Source of the DNA: a virus
Reading direction: 5' to 3' (one strand)
Length of the DNA: 64,000 nucleotides
IMG/VR virus record: IMGVR_UViG_3300037502_003876
Location: 1 to 64,000 of that record
Shown here one piece after another: positions 9,713-19,622 of the stretch. Each line of letters begins with the position of its first letter. Within the stretch, counting starts at the first letter, position 1. The notes beneath the pieces were generated by a model. The model was not told where the DNA came from, did not search any database, and saw only the letters and a program-made list of their open reading frames with translations. The position numbers were made by a program, and so were the translations under genes.

Positions 9713-10189
9713 ATGACCTTCGGCACAGGATACGCCGGCCTGTCCGGCTTCGGCCTCGGCACGCCCACCGGCCTGCCGTCCCCGGGCGCCGCCTACCTGC
9801 GCAGCGCCGACCTGACGCCGGCCCGCGCGCTGGACCTCGCCGCCAGGGACTACGCCGTCGACGACGACACGACCGCCAGTCCCCACGGCGCGTGGGACGG
9901 GCTGGCCCAGAACGTCGTGCTCCGGCTGACCACGCGCCGTGGCCGGCTCCCCTACGCGCCCACCTTTGGCAACGCGTTCCTCACCCTCACCCGCGCCCCG
10001 GCCAGCCTGGTGGACGCCGCCTCCCGCGCGGCCACCGACGCGCTGGCCGACCTGATCGCCGCCGGCGAGGTCGCCATCGTCCGCGTCACCGCCGACCGTA
10101 GCCAGGGGCTGGCGGTCATGGCCGTGACCTGGCGCGACCTCCGCACCCAGACCGAACGCACCACGCGCAGCGTCGCGCCCGGAGCCTGA
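9713..10189 (+). CDS. Baseplate wedge protein, GPW/gp25-like (Mu gp46-like)
   Basis: 158 aa. Motif RGRLPYAPTFGNAFLTL. Position is before the J-like gene. Confidence 0.65.
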   Translation: MTFGTGYAGLSGFGLGTPTGLPSPGAAYLRSADLTPARALDLAARDYAVDDDTTASPHGAWDGLAQNVVLRLTTRRGRLPYAPTFGNAFLTLTRAPASLVDAASRAATDALADLIAAGEVAIVRVTADRSQGLAVMAVTWRDLRTQTERTTRSVAPGA

Positions 10190-10193
10190 CCGC

Positions 10194-11717
10194 ATGGCCA
10201 CCACCACCACCGACACCCCGACGCGCGAGGCGCTGGTCGAGCGGGCGCTGCAGTTCTTCCGGCGCGGGCTCATCAGCCGCGGCGTCCCGGCCAGCAGCGC
10301 CACCGCCGCCACGGCCAAGGGCACCGACCGCTGGCTCACCGTCCAGGCGTGGGCGCAGGGACTGGAGGTCGTCTACGGCAACGCGCTCGCGCTGCAGGAC
10401 GCGACGATGCCGGACACCGCCGTCGGCGACGACCTCGACCGGCTCGCCGCCCTCTACGGGCTCACCCGCTCCGCCGGCGCCGGCGCCCAGGGCGACGTCA
10501 CCGTGACCTGCACCGGCACCGTGACCTACCCGGCCGGGCAGGAACTGACGAGCGACCGGACCGGGCTGCGCTACCGGGTCGTCGCCGCGGCCAGCGCGAC
10601 CACCGGCGACCCGGTGGCCGTCGTCGGCATCGACGTGGGCGCCGCCACCAACCTGGCCGCGGGCGAGGTGCTGACCTGGACCAACCCGCCCTTCGGGTCC
10701 GGCCCCACGGTGACCGTCGCCTCCGGCGGGCTCACCGACGGGACCGACGCGGACACCGACGACCGGCTCCGGCAGCGCCTCCTGAAGTTGCTGCGCGAGC
10801 CGCAGAACGGCGGGTCGTGGGCCCACTACCGGCAGTGGGCCGAGGACGCCAGCGCCGCCGTCGAGAACGCCTACGTCTACCCGGCGCTGCAGGGCCCGGG
10901 CACCGTGCACCTCGCGTACACCGTGGCCGGCACCGACGCCAACCGCTACAGCCGCACCGGCACCGCCGCCCTCACGCTGGTCGTGGCCAGCGCGGTCGTG
11001 GCCGAGCAGCCGGAGTTCGCGGACGTGACCGTGACGACGGTGGCCCACCAGGACCTGGACCTCGCGTTCAAGCTCCTGCTGCCGGAGCCGCTGAGCGCCG
11101 GCGGCCCGGGCGGCGGCTGGATCGACGCGAGCGCCGACCGGTGGGCCCGCGCCCGCACCGGCGCCGGCGACGTGGACGGCGTGCCCACGGTGACCACCGT
11201 GACCAGCAGCACCACGTTCGTCGTGGACACCTACAACCAGCCGCTCGACGGCACCACCGTCGCGTTCTTCTCGTCGACGGACCTGGCCCTGCTCACCGCC
11301 GTCGTCGACGGGGACGGCACCGGCTCGGCCGGCGCCTGGACGGTGACGCTCGACCGGGCGCTCCCGACGGTCAGCGTGGGGGACTACGTGATGCCGGCGT
11401 GCGAGCAGGGCGCCGCCTACGCCACCACCTTCCAGGCGGCCGTCGCCGCGCTCGCCCCCGGCGAGAAGACCACCGTGGCCGACGTGCTGCCGCGCGCCTA
11501 CCGCCACCCGAAGAGCACCGAGGGGTTCCCGTCGGCCGTGACCACCACGCAGTTGGTCCGGCTGCAGACGGAGCACCCGGAGATCACCAACGCCACGTTC
11601 TTCGCGGACGGCGGCAGCGTCGGCGTCACGCTCCCGCTGGAGCCGGACGCGGCCAGCGCGGTGACCGACCCGCCCAACGTGTTCCGCGTCCACCACCTCG
11701 GCTTCTACCCGGAATGA
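10194..11717 (+). CDS. Baseplate J-like protein (Mu gp47-like)
   Basis: 507 aa. LYGLTRSAGAGAQGDVTVTCTG... is typical of the baseplate J family. Gene order supports the call. Confidence 0.75.
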   Translation: MATTTTDTPTREALVERALQFFRRGLISRGVPASSATAATAKGTDRWLTVQAWAQGLEVVYGNALALQDATMPDTAVGDDLDRLAALYGLTRSAGAGAQGDVTVTCTGTVTYPAGQELTSDRTGLRYRVVAAASATTGDPVAVVGIDVGAATNLAAGEVLTWTNPPFGSGPTVTVASGGLTDGTDADTDDRLRQRLLKLLREPQNGGSWAHYRQWAEDASAAVENAYVYPALQGPGTVHLAYTVAGTDANRYSRTGTAALTLVVASAVVAEQPEFADVTVTTVAHQDLDLAFKLLLPEPLSAGGPGGGWIDASADRWARARTGAGDVDGVPTVTTVTSSTTFVVDTYNQPLDGTTVAFFSSTDLALLTAVVDGDGTGSAGAWTVTLDRALPTVSVGDYVMPACEQGAAYATTFQAAVAALAPGEKTTVADVLPRAYRHPKSTEGFPSAVTTTQLVRLQTEHPEITNATFFADGGSVGVTLPLEPDAASAVTDPPNVFRVHHLGFYPE

Positions 11718-11728
11718 GACCCTGACCG

Positions 11729-12217
11729 ATGACCACCCCGCTCGCCCCCGACACGCCGGACCTGGACACGTTCGGCGGCACGTTCGTCAACGCGGACCCC
11801 GTGGTGGACCCGGAGACGGACATGGACGCCGCCTACCAGAACCGCCTCACCGCGCAGGTGGTCATGCTGTCCCACGCCGCCCCGCGGGCGTGGGCCCGGT
11901 GCACCGTGTCCGGCGGCGTCGTCACCGTGGCGGACCACGACGCGGTGTGGGGCACCGGCGGCGGCGTGGCGCCGACGGCCACCTACGTCGGCCCGGGCGA
12001 GTACACGGTGGCCTGGGCCGCCTCCTACGACGACCTGCAGGCGACGCCGGAGAGCCACGCGGTCTCGCTCCGGTGCGTCCAGGCCAGCGCCTTCCGGGCG
12101 GCCGCCGCCCGCATCGTCAACGCCCGCCTCGCCGACGCGGTGACCGCCGAGGTGACCGCCTACGACGCGGCCGGCGCGGCGGCCGAGGTGGACCAGTTCA
12201 CGGTCACGGTGTGGTGA
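11729..12217 (+). CDS. Hypothetical baseplate/tail protein
   Basis: 162-aa ORF with good GC3, tightly packed between the J-like and gp48-like genes. Confidence 0.45.
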   Translation: MTTPLAPDTPDLDTFGGTFVNADPVVDPETDMDAAYQNRLTAQVVMLSHAAPRAWARCTVSGGVVTVADHDAVWGTGGGVAPTATYVGPGEYTVAWAASYDDLQATPESHAVSLRCVQASAFRAAAARIVNARLADAVTAEVTAYDAAGAAAEVDQFTVTVW

Positions 12218-12220
12218 GCC

Positions 12221-13027
12221 ATGGCGTCCTTCACCTGGAAGGCGCCGTGGCCGCGCCGGTTCGGCGGGGGCGCCCACCGCCCCGTCGCCACGATGCTCGA
12301 CGTGGTGCGCGCCGCCCGCCCGGACCTGCTGGCGTCGACCGGCGACGGGAGCGAGGTGGACCTGGAGAACCGGGTCATGGCCCGGATGCTCGTCACCGGG
12401 CTACGCGCCACCGCCCGCCGGGTCGCCCAGCGTGACCCGCGCAAGCTCAGCGACGCCGCCCGGCTGGTCGCCTACCCGGACGGCACGCAGGCCACCCGCA
12501 GCCCCATCCAGCGGTGGGAGCGCATCCTCGGGCTGACCCCCGCCCGCGGCGCCAGCCCCCGCGAGCGCCGCGCCGCCATCCTCGGCGCGCTCGTCAGCAC
12601 CACCAGCGCCCGGCGCGCGTCGGTCGAGGAGGCCATGGCCGGGGTGTTCGGCGCCTGGTACGTCGGCCTCGGCGAGAACGACGTGGCGGACGTGGACTAC
12701 CCGGGCCGGTCCCCGGCCGGGACCGTCGCGGCCTACTGGCCCACGGCCCAGGCGCCGCTGCCGGACACGCTCCACGACGCGTCGTACCCGGGCCGCTACA
12801 GCGCGACCTACCCGTGGCGGTCGGACCTGTGCCACATCGCGGTGCTGTTCCAGCCGCCGGCCAGCGCCGACCCGGCGCGCGTCGCCACCCTCCGCGGCAA
12901 GGCGCTGCAGGTGCTCGACGACATGCTCCCGGCGTGGATGAGCGCCACCGTCTCGCAGCTCGCCCCGGGCCAGTCCGGTGGCGGGTTCGTCCTCGGCGTC
13001 TCCTACCTCGGCCTCACGGCCCTCTGA
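12221..13027 (+). CDS. Tail protein, Mu gp48 / YmfQ (DUF2313)-like
   Basis: Motif IQRWERILGL...SPRERRAAILGAL resembles the gp48/YmfQ family. Position is after the J-like gene. Confidence 0.55.
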   Translation: MASFTWKAPWPRRFGGGAHRPVATMLDVVRAARPDLLASTGDGSEVDLENRVMARMLVTGLRATARRVAQRDPRKLSDAARLVAYPDGTQATRSPIQRWERILGLTPARGASPRERRAAILGALVSTTSARRASVEEAMAGVFGAWYVGLGENDVADVDYPGRSPAGTVAAYWPTAQAPLPDTLHDASYPGRYSATYPWRSDLCHIAVLFQPPASADPARVATLRGKALQVLDDMLPAWMSATVSQLAPGQSGGGFVLGVSYLGLTAL

Positions 13028-13037
13028 CCGCACCCCC

Positions 13038-13781
13038 ATGCCCTCACCTGCCAAGGTCTTCTCCACGCCCAAGAGCGACGGCCAGCTCCTCACCGCCGCC
13101 GAGATCAACGCCATCGACGACGGCCAGGCGGACCGCATCGGCGCCAGCGGGTCGAGCACGCTGACCGCGGCCAGCGGCATCGTCCTGGCCACGTTCGACT
13201 TCGACATCGGCGGTGGCACCACCGGGAAGTTCAAGCCGGACGCCGACAAGACGTACTTCACCGGCAGCGGGTGGCCCAACTTCAACGGCGCCCGGTCGCT
13301 GACCAGCCACGTCCCGCCGTGCCACCTGCACTACGACAAGAGCGTGGCGCCGGTCGCCTTCGCGGAGAACACCGCGGAGAAGGTCCAGCAGGTGGACAAC
13401 ACCGGCCCGCCCTCGCTCAACTTCTGGGTCACGCTCCCGGTCGGCGCCGTCGTCGCCAGCGTCACCGTCGCGGTCAAGAAGGCGGCCGGCGCCGGCGCGC
13501 TCCCGGGCACGATGCCCACCGTCGCGCTCTACCGGCACAACCTCGCCTCGGACGCCGTGACCACGGTCATCAGCGCGGCCACCGACGCGAGCGGCACGCT
13601 GGGCGCCTACCAGACCTACCACGACGTCACGGCCACCGCCGGCCTCGGGCACACGGTCGCCGAGGGGTTCAACTACTTCGTCACCGTCACCGGCGACAGC
13701 AACAGCACCAGCGCGGCCAACGGCGTGTACCTCTACCGGCCCCGCTTCTCGCTCACGCTCGCCACCCTGCGGCAGATCTGA
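13038..13781 (+). CDS. Tail fibre-like protein
   Basis: ATG at 13038 inside ORF 12978..13781, just after the upstream stop. N-terminus LTAAEINAIDDGQ is fibre-like. Confidence 0.45.
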   Translation: MPSPAKVFSTPKSDGQLLTAAEINAIDDGQADRIGASGSSTLTAASGIVLATFDFDIGGGTTGKFKPDADKTYFTGSGWPNFNGARSLTSHVPPCHLHYDKSVAPVAFAENTAEKVQQVDNTGPPSLNFWVTLPVGAVVASVTVAVKKAAGAGALPGTMPTVALYRHNLASDAVTTVISAATDASGTLGAYQTYHDVTATAGLGHTVAEGFNYFVTVTGDSNSTSAANGVYLYRPRFSLTLATLRQI

Positions 13782-13783
13782 CC

Positions 13784-15472
13784 ATGGCCGTCACCGCCCT
13801 CGCACTGACCCCGGAGATCGTGGCCCCCGGGCAGGAGGTCACCGTCGCGCCGGTCGGCGCCCGGACGCCCGGCACGGAGCTGCGCTACTACCTGCTCTCC
13901 GCGCCGCCGTCGTCCGCGCTCGACACGCTGGCCACCTACGAGGACGACGGCAAGGCGCTGGCCAGCATCCGGCTCCGCGTCAAGGACAACGGCCAGGGCG
14001 CCTTCACGCCGGACGTGCCGGGCCAGTACAAGGTCGTCGTCCGCGAGGTGACCCTCTACCGGTTCGTGCCGTCCTACGGCGGCGAGGTGCCGGCCCCCGG
14101 CGACCCGCGCTCGGCCGACAACGAGGAGGCGTCCTTCACGGTCGACGGCGCCACCACGCCGCAGGCCACTGACGTCCCGGCCGGCGGCGCCACGCTCTGG
14201 GCCCACGACACGCTGACGCGCGCCGTCGGCTTCGGGCAGGACACGGCCACGCTCGCCGTCAAGGTCTACGGCACCCGCGTGCCGGACGTGCCGTACCTCA
14301 CGGACACCGTGACCCTCACCCCGGGGCCAACGGCGCCGGCGAGGAGCGCCGTGTACGACGCGGACGTGGCCGCCGTGCTCGACGAGATCCGGGGCATCAC
14401 CAGCAACGGCCACCAGCAGCTCGCGCTCCACGCCGGGCTGGTCTACGAGCTGGTCTTCGCGTTCAACGAGCACATCGGGCTCGACACGTTCAAGACCCAC
14501 ACGACCGAGGCCGACGTCGCCACCGACGCGCTGTCCGATACCGCGGACGTGGCCGTGTCCGTCGCCGCCATCAAGACGCGGCTCGACGACATCGTGGCCA
14601 AGTACAACGCCCACCGGGTCCGGCTCAACGACATCGTGGCCCCGTTCGGCGGGCTGCACACGTCCGCCGACGTGACCAACGTGATGACCGCCCAGGCGTG
14701 CACGACGGAGGCCGAGGCCATCGCCTACGCCGGGCACGTCTTCGAGGTGCTGCAGGCCCACGGCATGAACGGCGTCGCCCACAACACGACCCCGGCGCAG
14801 CGCGTGGTGGACGGCTACTTCGGGTGGATGGCGGAGCCGCCGAGGTCGCTCGCCGAGGTCGCCGCCCTGGTCAACGGCACCAGCACCTCGCGCTGGGCCT
14901 ACGCCGGGCTGACCGGGCTCTACGAGGGGCACCGCCGGCGCGGCGCCGTCAAGATGCACGCCACCGTCGACAGCCTCGCCCCGGACACGGTGAACGCCGT
15001 GCGCTACCTGGACGACTCGCTCCCGAGCCTCATCGGCACGGCGAACGCGCTGGCCGACGCGCTCAACCGCCACGTCCAGAACCTGGACGCGAGCGGGACA
15101 GCGGCCACGACGCCCTACCACTTCACCGACGCGGACCGGTCCCGGCTGGTGCGCACCCGGGCGAGCGACGTGCGCAGCCTGGCCATCCTGGTGGAAGAGC
15201 TGTGGGTGTGCCTGGAGTCGCACCTGTGGAGCGCCGGCCCGCCCACCGGCTACGTCGCGGCCACCACCGCCGGCCAGCGCGGGCAGCACCCGGACCGCGG
15301 CTGGGGCTACTACGCGCTGCTCGGGCACCCGTCCGGCGCCGTGCGGCCGATGCTGATGATCCGGCTGGCGCGGGCGTTCGACCGGGCGCTCCGCAGCGAG
15401 ACGGCGACGTCGGAAGCCGTGGCCCTCGGCTACCTCGCCACGATGATGCGCCGGCTCGGCGGCTTCACCTGA
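13784..15472 (+). CDS. Hypothetical structural protein (fibre/host-recognition region)
   Basis: ATG at 13784 in the frame of ORF 13271..15472, 3 nt after the upstream stop. 562 aa. The upstream part of the ORF is Arg-rich junk. Confidence 0.5.
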   Translation: MAVTALALTPEIVAPGQEVTVAPVGARTPGTELRYYLLSAPPSSALDTLATYEDDGKALASIRLRVKDNGQGAFTPDVPGQYKVVVREVTLYRFVPSYGGEVPAPGDPRSADNEEASFTVDGATTPQATDVPAGGATLWAHDTLTRAVGFGQDTATLAVKVYGTRVPDVPYLTDTVTLTPGPTAPARSAVYDADVAAVLDEIRGITSNGHQQLALHAGLVYELVFAFNEHIGLDTFKTHTTEADVATDALSDTADVAVSVAAIKTRLDDIVAKYNAHRVRLNDIVAPFGGLHTSADVTNVMTAQACTTEAEAIAYAGHVFEVLQAHGMNGVAHNTTPAQRVVDGYFGWMAEPPRSLAEVAALVNGTSTSRWAYAGLTGLYEGHRRRGAVKMHATVDSLAPDTVNAVRYLDDSLPSLIGTANALADALNRHVQNLDASGTAATTPYHFTDADRSRLVRTRASDVRSLAILVEELWVCLESHLWSAGPPTGYVAATTAGQRGQHPDRGWGYYALLGHPSGAVRPMLMIRLARAFDRALRSETATSEAVALGYLATMMRRLGGFT

Positions 15473-15496
15473 GACCCCACGCACCAAGGGAACCGC

Positions 15497-16627
15497 ATGG
15501 CCTCTGCCCTGTTCAAGCTCAGCAGCAACGACGGCGCCTCGTACCTGTCCGCGGGCACCGCGTTCGCCGACGGCAACGCGCTCGCCTACGTCGCCTCCGG
15601 CACCTACAGCATCCGGGCCGCGCTCGACTCCACGGCCGGCGTCGCGTCGGTCGCCTGGACCCTCACCAGCGCGGACGACGCCCACATCGACGCGCTCCCG
15701 GCGGTCACCACCCACGGCGACAAGACGTGCACGTTCAGCGTGCCGCGCACCGGCGGCGCGTGGCTCCTGCAGTGCAAGGTCAACGGCGGCGTCAACCCGG
15801 CCACCGGCGCCGCGGACCCGGCGCTCACCCGGGCGCTCGCCGTCAAGGTGCTCAACGCCGCGGGCCTGCAGGAGATCGCCGTCGGGGAGACCACGGAGGC
15901 CGGCGCCTACGGGTGGACCCAGGCGGTCAACGACGGCCAGCGGGCCCACACCGGGGCGCAGGCCGTCGGCGTCGAGAGCATCGACCTCGGCGCGCTCGAC
16001 TCGGCGGTGATCACGCTGACCGCGGACCAGGCGGACCACACCGCGCTGGTCTTCACAGGCGCCCCGGTGGATGACCCGGTGATCTCGTTGCCGGCGACCG
16101 CCGGGCTGTCCTGGATCGTGGTCAACGCGACCACGGACGGCGCCCGGCTGTTCGCGGTCAAGGCGGCCGGGGGGAGCCGGCTCGTCTACCTGCTGCCGGG
16201 CCAGCAGCGCACGGTCTACGTGCGGGGAGGGGAGGCTTACGCCCCGGACGAGAAGGCGCTGGTGGGCGAGGTCACCGTCAGCCTCATCCGGGGCAGCACC
16301 GGCACCACCGACACCAGCACGATGCGCCTCCCGCCGGGCACGCGCCTGACGCGCCACTCGGTCCTCGGCGTGGTCGCCGTCGTCGGCGGCACCAGCGCGC
16401 TCACCGCCGGCACCAGCGCGGGCGGCACCCAGGTCCAGACCTCGCAGACCGCACCCGCCGTCGGCGCCGTGCTGGGGGACGCCAGCGGGCACTGGGGCTC
16501 GGACCTGTCCGCCACCGGCAGCGCCTACTACAGCGCGGGGCAGCAGCTCTCCCTGCGCAACACGGTCACCGGCTCGGCCACCACCGCGGGCAGCGTCCGG
16601 GTCGTCGTCGAGGGGTGCCTGCTGTGA
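15497..16627 (+). CDS. Tail fibre-like protein
   Basis: 376-aa ORF, Gly/Ala/Thr-rich beta-type sequence, in the fibre region. Confidence 0.5.
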   Translation: MASALFKLSSNDGASYLSAGTAFADGNALAYVASGTYSIRAALDSTAGVASVAWTLTSADDAHIDALPAVTTHGDKTCTFSVPRTGGAWLLQCKVNGGVNPATGAADPALTRALAVKVLNAAGLQEIAVGETTEAGAYGWTQAVNDGQRAHTGAQAVGVESIDLGALDSAVITLTADQADHTALVFTGAPVDDPVISLPATAGLSWIVVNATTDGARLFAVKAAGGSRLVYLLPGQQRTVYVRGGEAYAPDEKALVGEVTVSLIRGSTGTTDTSTMRLPPGTRLTRHSVLGVVAVVGGTSALTAGTSAGGTQVQTSQTAPAVGAVLGDASGHWGSDLSATGSAYYSAGQQLSLRNTVTGSATTAGSVRVVVEGCLL

Positions 16628-17409
16628 GCCACAACCTGCTGCTCGCGGCCCCCCGCCGGACGACCTCCGGCCTGCCGCAGCCGGCCTCCGTCGTCGTGCG
16701 CCTGGAGGCGCAGGCGGACCGGCTGTGGACCGACTCCACGCTCGCCACCCCGGTCAGCGCCGACGGCGACCCGGCCGGGGCGTGGCGGGACACGGCCGGC
16801 GCCACACAGATCTGGGCCGAGTCCGGCACGCGGCGCCCGGCCTGGCGCACGTCGGCCATGCAGGGCGGGCGTGCGTGCGTGGAGTTCACGCAGGCGGACG
16901 CCGACCGGCTGGCCCCGCTGACCACGGTGCCGACGCACAGCGGCGCGCGGTCGATGCTGGTCGAGTTCGAGCTGACGACGGCGCTGACCGGCGGCCAGTA
17001 CAGTTACCTGTTCGCGAGCGGCGACGGCGTGAGCGACGGCGGCATCGTGTGGCTGTTCAACGGGGGCGGCGGCCAGTCGTTCAGCGTGCGCTCCACCGGC
17101 ACCGGCACCACCGTCGGTTGCGGCGGCACGAGCGGCGCCGGGCTGCCGGCGAGCGGGACGCGGTGCCTGTTCGCGTGGTCCTTCGACGGCGTGGACGCGG
17201 GCGCCACCGGCTCCTACACGATGCGCGTCAACGGCGTCGACCAGACCCTCGCCGCGTCCTTCTCCACGTCGATTGTGACGTGGGGCGTGGGCGCCGACCC
17301 GAGCCTCGTCTTCCCCTACGCGACGCCGATGCGCCTGCGCCGGCTGCTCGTGTGGAACGTCGCGCTCACGGCCGGGGAGCTGGCCGCGGCGGAAGCGTAC
17401 TGCACCTGA
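16615..17409 (+). CDS. LamG/concanavalin-like jelly-roll domain protein (paralog 1)
   Basis: GTG start overlaps the upstream 3' end. ...YSYLFASGDG...MRVNGVDQTL...LLVWNVALTAGELAAAEAY resembles LamG-type lectin-fold domains. Confidence 0.5.
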   Translation: MPAVSHNLLLAAPRRTTSGLPQPASVVVRLEAQADRLWTDSTLATPVSADGDPAGAWRDTAGATQIWAESGTRRPAWRTSAMQGGRACVEFTQADADRLAPLTTVPTHSGARSMLVEFELTTALTGGQYSYLFASGDGVSDGGIVWLFNGGGGQSFSVRSTGTGTTVGCGGTSGAGLPASGTRCLFAWSFDGVDAGATGSYTMRVNGVDQTLAASFSTSIVTWGVGADPSLVFPYATPMRLRRLLVWNVALTAGELAAAEAYCT

Positions 17410-17449
17410 CCCGACGACGACCCGACCGACCCGACGGAGAGCGACCACG

Positions 17450-18238
17450 ATGATCGGCCTTGGACTCGGACTCACGCTTCAGCGGCGCGGCGCCAGCGCC
17501 CCCGCCTGGACGCCGGACACGCCCGGCACGCCGGCCTGGTGGCACGAGGTCGCCCTCGGGCGCATCTGGCAGGACACCGCCGGCACCGTGGCGGCCACCA
17601 CCGCCGGGCACCCGGTGGCGCGGATCGACGCGCGGCAGGGCACGAACTTCACGCAGGGCACGGGGTCGTTGCAGCCGTACCTCACCCCGCTCGGCAACGG
17701 GTGGGCGGTGCGGTCGGACGACATCGACGACAACCTCGGCTCCTCGGCCACGTTCGCCGCCGGGGCGAAGACGCTGGCCACGATCTTCGAGATCTTCAGC
17801 GCGCCGACCTCCACCGGCAGCGAGACGATCCTCCGGCTCGGCGCCACGCCGCAGCAGATCCTCGTCCGACACTCCGGCCTGTCCGCCTCCTCGGCCAAGG
17901 GCTGGCACGTCGCGGTGGATCGCACCTCGACCACGGCCGCGTGCATCCAGGGCAGCACCGGCGCCGCCCTGCTGGCCAACGGCGTACACACGCTGGTGGT
18001 GCGCTACACCGGCGGGGGCACCGCCGTCGCCGCGGCCTACCGCATCTGGCTCGACGGCGTGGAGGTCACCGCGGCGCTGGGCGGCAACGTCGCTGCCTCC
18101 GGCAACACCCGCTGGCTCGCCACGTCGGTCCCGTCCGAGGTGGCCAACGCCGCCGTGCGCGAGTCCATCGTCTGGACCTCCGCGCTGTCGCCGGCCGACT
18201 GCGCCGCCGCCGCCGCCTACCTGGAGGCCAAGCGGTGA
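17450..18238 (+). CDS. LamG/concanavalin-like jelly-roll domain protein (paralog 2)
   Basis: ...HTLVVRYTGGG...YRIWLDGVEV...ESIVWTSALSPADCAAAAAYL has the same organisation as 16615..17409. Confidence 0.5.
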   Translation: MIGLGLGLTLQRRGASAPAWTPDTPGTPAWWHEVALGRIWQDTAGTVAATTAGHPVARIDARQGTNFTQGTGSLQPYLTPLGNGWAVRSDDIDDNLGSSATFAAGAKTLATIFEIFSAPTSTGSETILRLGATPQQILVRHSGLSASSAKGWHVAVDRTSTTAACIQGSTGAALLANGVHTLVVRYTGGGTAVAAAYRIWLDGVEVTAALGGNVAASGNTRWLATSVPSEVANAAVRESIVWTSALSPADCAAAAAYLEAKR

Positions 18239-18777
18239 GCCTCTGGCGCCGCACGCTCCTCACGCTCCACGCCGCCCTCACCCGCACGCTCACAGGAGTC
18301 ACGCCCATGTCCTTTGTCCCGTCGTCCAGCGTCATCTTCGCCGCCCCGCCCGCCGTCGCCGCCTCGCTCCAGGCGTACCTCGTGGCGACCCTCGTGCGCC
18401 TCAACGGGGACGTGGAGCAGGTCGCCCTCACGCAGCGCCTCGGACCCGACGGCGGGGACTACAACGCCCCCGCCTACTACGCCGGCGCCATGACGCTCTC
18501 GGAGGCCGAGATCGTGCTCATCCGCGACGAGTTCCGCGCGGGCGGCGCGCTCTACGACGCGGGCGCCCGGGCCCGCCGGCAACTCTTCCCGCCGACGGAG
18601 GTAGCCGCCCCGGCCGTCGTCGCCGGCAAGCTCACCGTCGACGTGATCGAGGAGCTACCCATCCCGGCCGGCGTCGACTGGTCCGTCACCCGCGTGGGCA
18701 AGGACGCGTTCTTCGCGGAACTCGGCCTCCCGGGCGCGCCGCTCGTCGTCCTCGACCCGCCCGAGCAGAACCTCTGA
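18235..18777 (+). CDS. Hypothetical protein
   Basis: GTG at 18235 overlaps the upstream stop (GTGA) and GC3 is high from there. An alternative start is ATG 18307, preceded by aggag. Confidence 0.45.
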   Translation: MSLWRRTLLTLHAALTRTLTGVTPMSFVPSSSVIFAAPPAVAASLQAYLVATLVRLNGDVEQVALTQRLGPDGGDYNAPAYYAGAMTLSEAEIVLIRDEFRAGGALYDAGARARRQLFPPTEVAAPAVVAGKLTVDVIEELPIPAGVDWSVTRVGKDAFFAELGLPGAPLVVLDPPEQNL

Positions 18778-18778
18778 C

Positions 18779-19426
18779 ATGAACGCCGACGCCCTCATGG
18801 CCGCGCTCACCGCGGCCCGGGGGGAGGGCGAGCGGCTGGCCATCCTCGGCGCGCAGGTCGTGGAACTCACCCGCGAGGTGGACACGCAGCGCGCGGAGCT
18901 GGACACGCTCACGGCCAACGCCAGCGAGTCACGAGTGGAGCGCACCCGGTACCGGGACCAGCTCACGTCGCTCGCCGACATGATGCTCGCGCTGGGCGAG
19001 CGCGTGGGCAAGGTCGAGCGCGGCCTGTCCAGCATCTCCCGGCTCTACGAGCAGCAGGAGGAGATGGCCCGGCTGCGCCACGGCGAGGTGCTGCACGCGC
19101 TCGGCATCGCCGCCCGGGACAGCGCCGCCAAGGGCACCGCGCTCGCCGTCACCTCGGACACGCTCGCCACGACCGCCGACCGCGTGGCGGCCACCGAGTC
19201 CGGGCTGGTGCGGGTCACGCGCATGGTCGGCATCAGCGGGACGGTGGTGGCCGTGGTGCACCTCGTCCTCAACTTCATCGCGCAGAACATCGTCTGGAGA
19301 GTCGACCGCCATGCCACCCGAAGCCCAAGCCCTCCTGTCCTGGCTGCAAGCGCACCCGCTGCAAGCGGCCCTCGCCCTCCTGTGCCTGGTGACCCTGGCG
19401 CTGGCCAACGTGACGTTGACCCCTGA
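18779..19426 (+). CDS. Coiled-coil protein with a C-terminal hydrophobic segment
   Basis: 215-aa ORF. Heptad-like N-terminal 150 aa, then VVAVVHLVLNFIA. The last 116 nt or so overlap the next gene and lose codon bias. Confidence 0.45.
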   Translation: MNADALMAALTAARGEGERLAILGAQVVELTREVDTQRAELDTLTANASESRVERTRYRDQLTSLADMMLALGERVGKVERGLSSISRLYEQQEEMARLRHGEVLHALGIAARDSAAKGTALAVTSDTLATTADRVAATESGLVRVTRMVGISGTVVAVVHLVLNFIAQNIVWRVDRHATRSPSPPVLAASAPAASGPRPPVPGDPGAGQRDVDP

Positions 19427-19622
19427 GCAGGCCGCGGCCAGCCCGCGCTACGCGAGCGCCGTCGTCTTCGCGCAGAAGGTGGCGCCGGTCCTGCGCGGCA
19501 TCGCCAAGCCGCTCGCCGGGATCTTCCTCCCGCGGTACGCCGTGGAGGTGGTGACCGCGCTGTTCCCGCCGAAGGACAGCGCCGCCGGCCCTGCCTCCAC
19601 CCCGCCCGGGGGTGCGCCGTGA
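19311..19622 (+). CDS. Small membrane protein (holin-like, tentative)
   Basis: 103 aa. Hydrophobic stretches (AALALLCLVTLALANV; PLAGIFLP). Good GC3 from the ATG. Confidence 0.45.
   Translation: MPPEAQALLSWLQAHPLQAALALLCLVTLALANVTLTPEQAAASPRYASAVVFAQKVAPVLRGIAKPLAGIFLPRYAVEVVTALFPPKDSAAGPASTPPGGAP

Noticed and set aside
84-9768. Very long antisense or alternative-frame ORFs (for example 84..1088, 1377..2918, 3757..6471, 6604..9768, and many others across the window) that encode Arg/Gly/Pro/Ala-rich polypeptides.
   Set aside because: These are typical stop-codon-poor shadow ORFs of 70% GC DNA. They lack third-position GC bias, overlap well-supported genes on the other strand or frame, and have low-complexity, non-protein-like composition.
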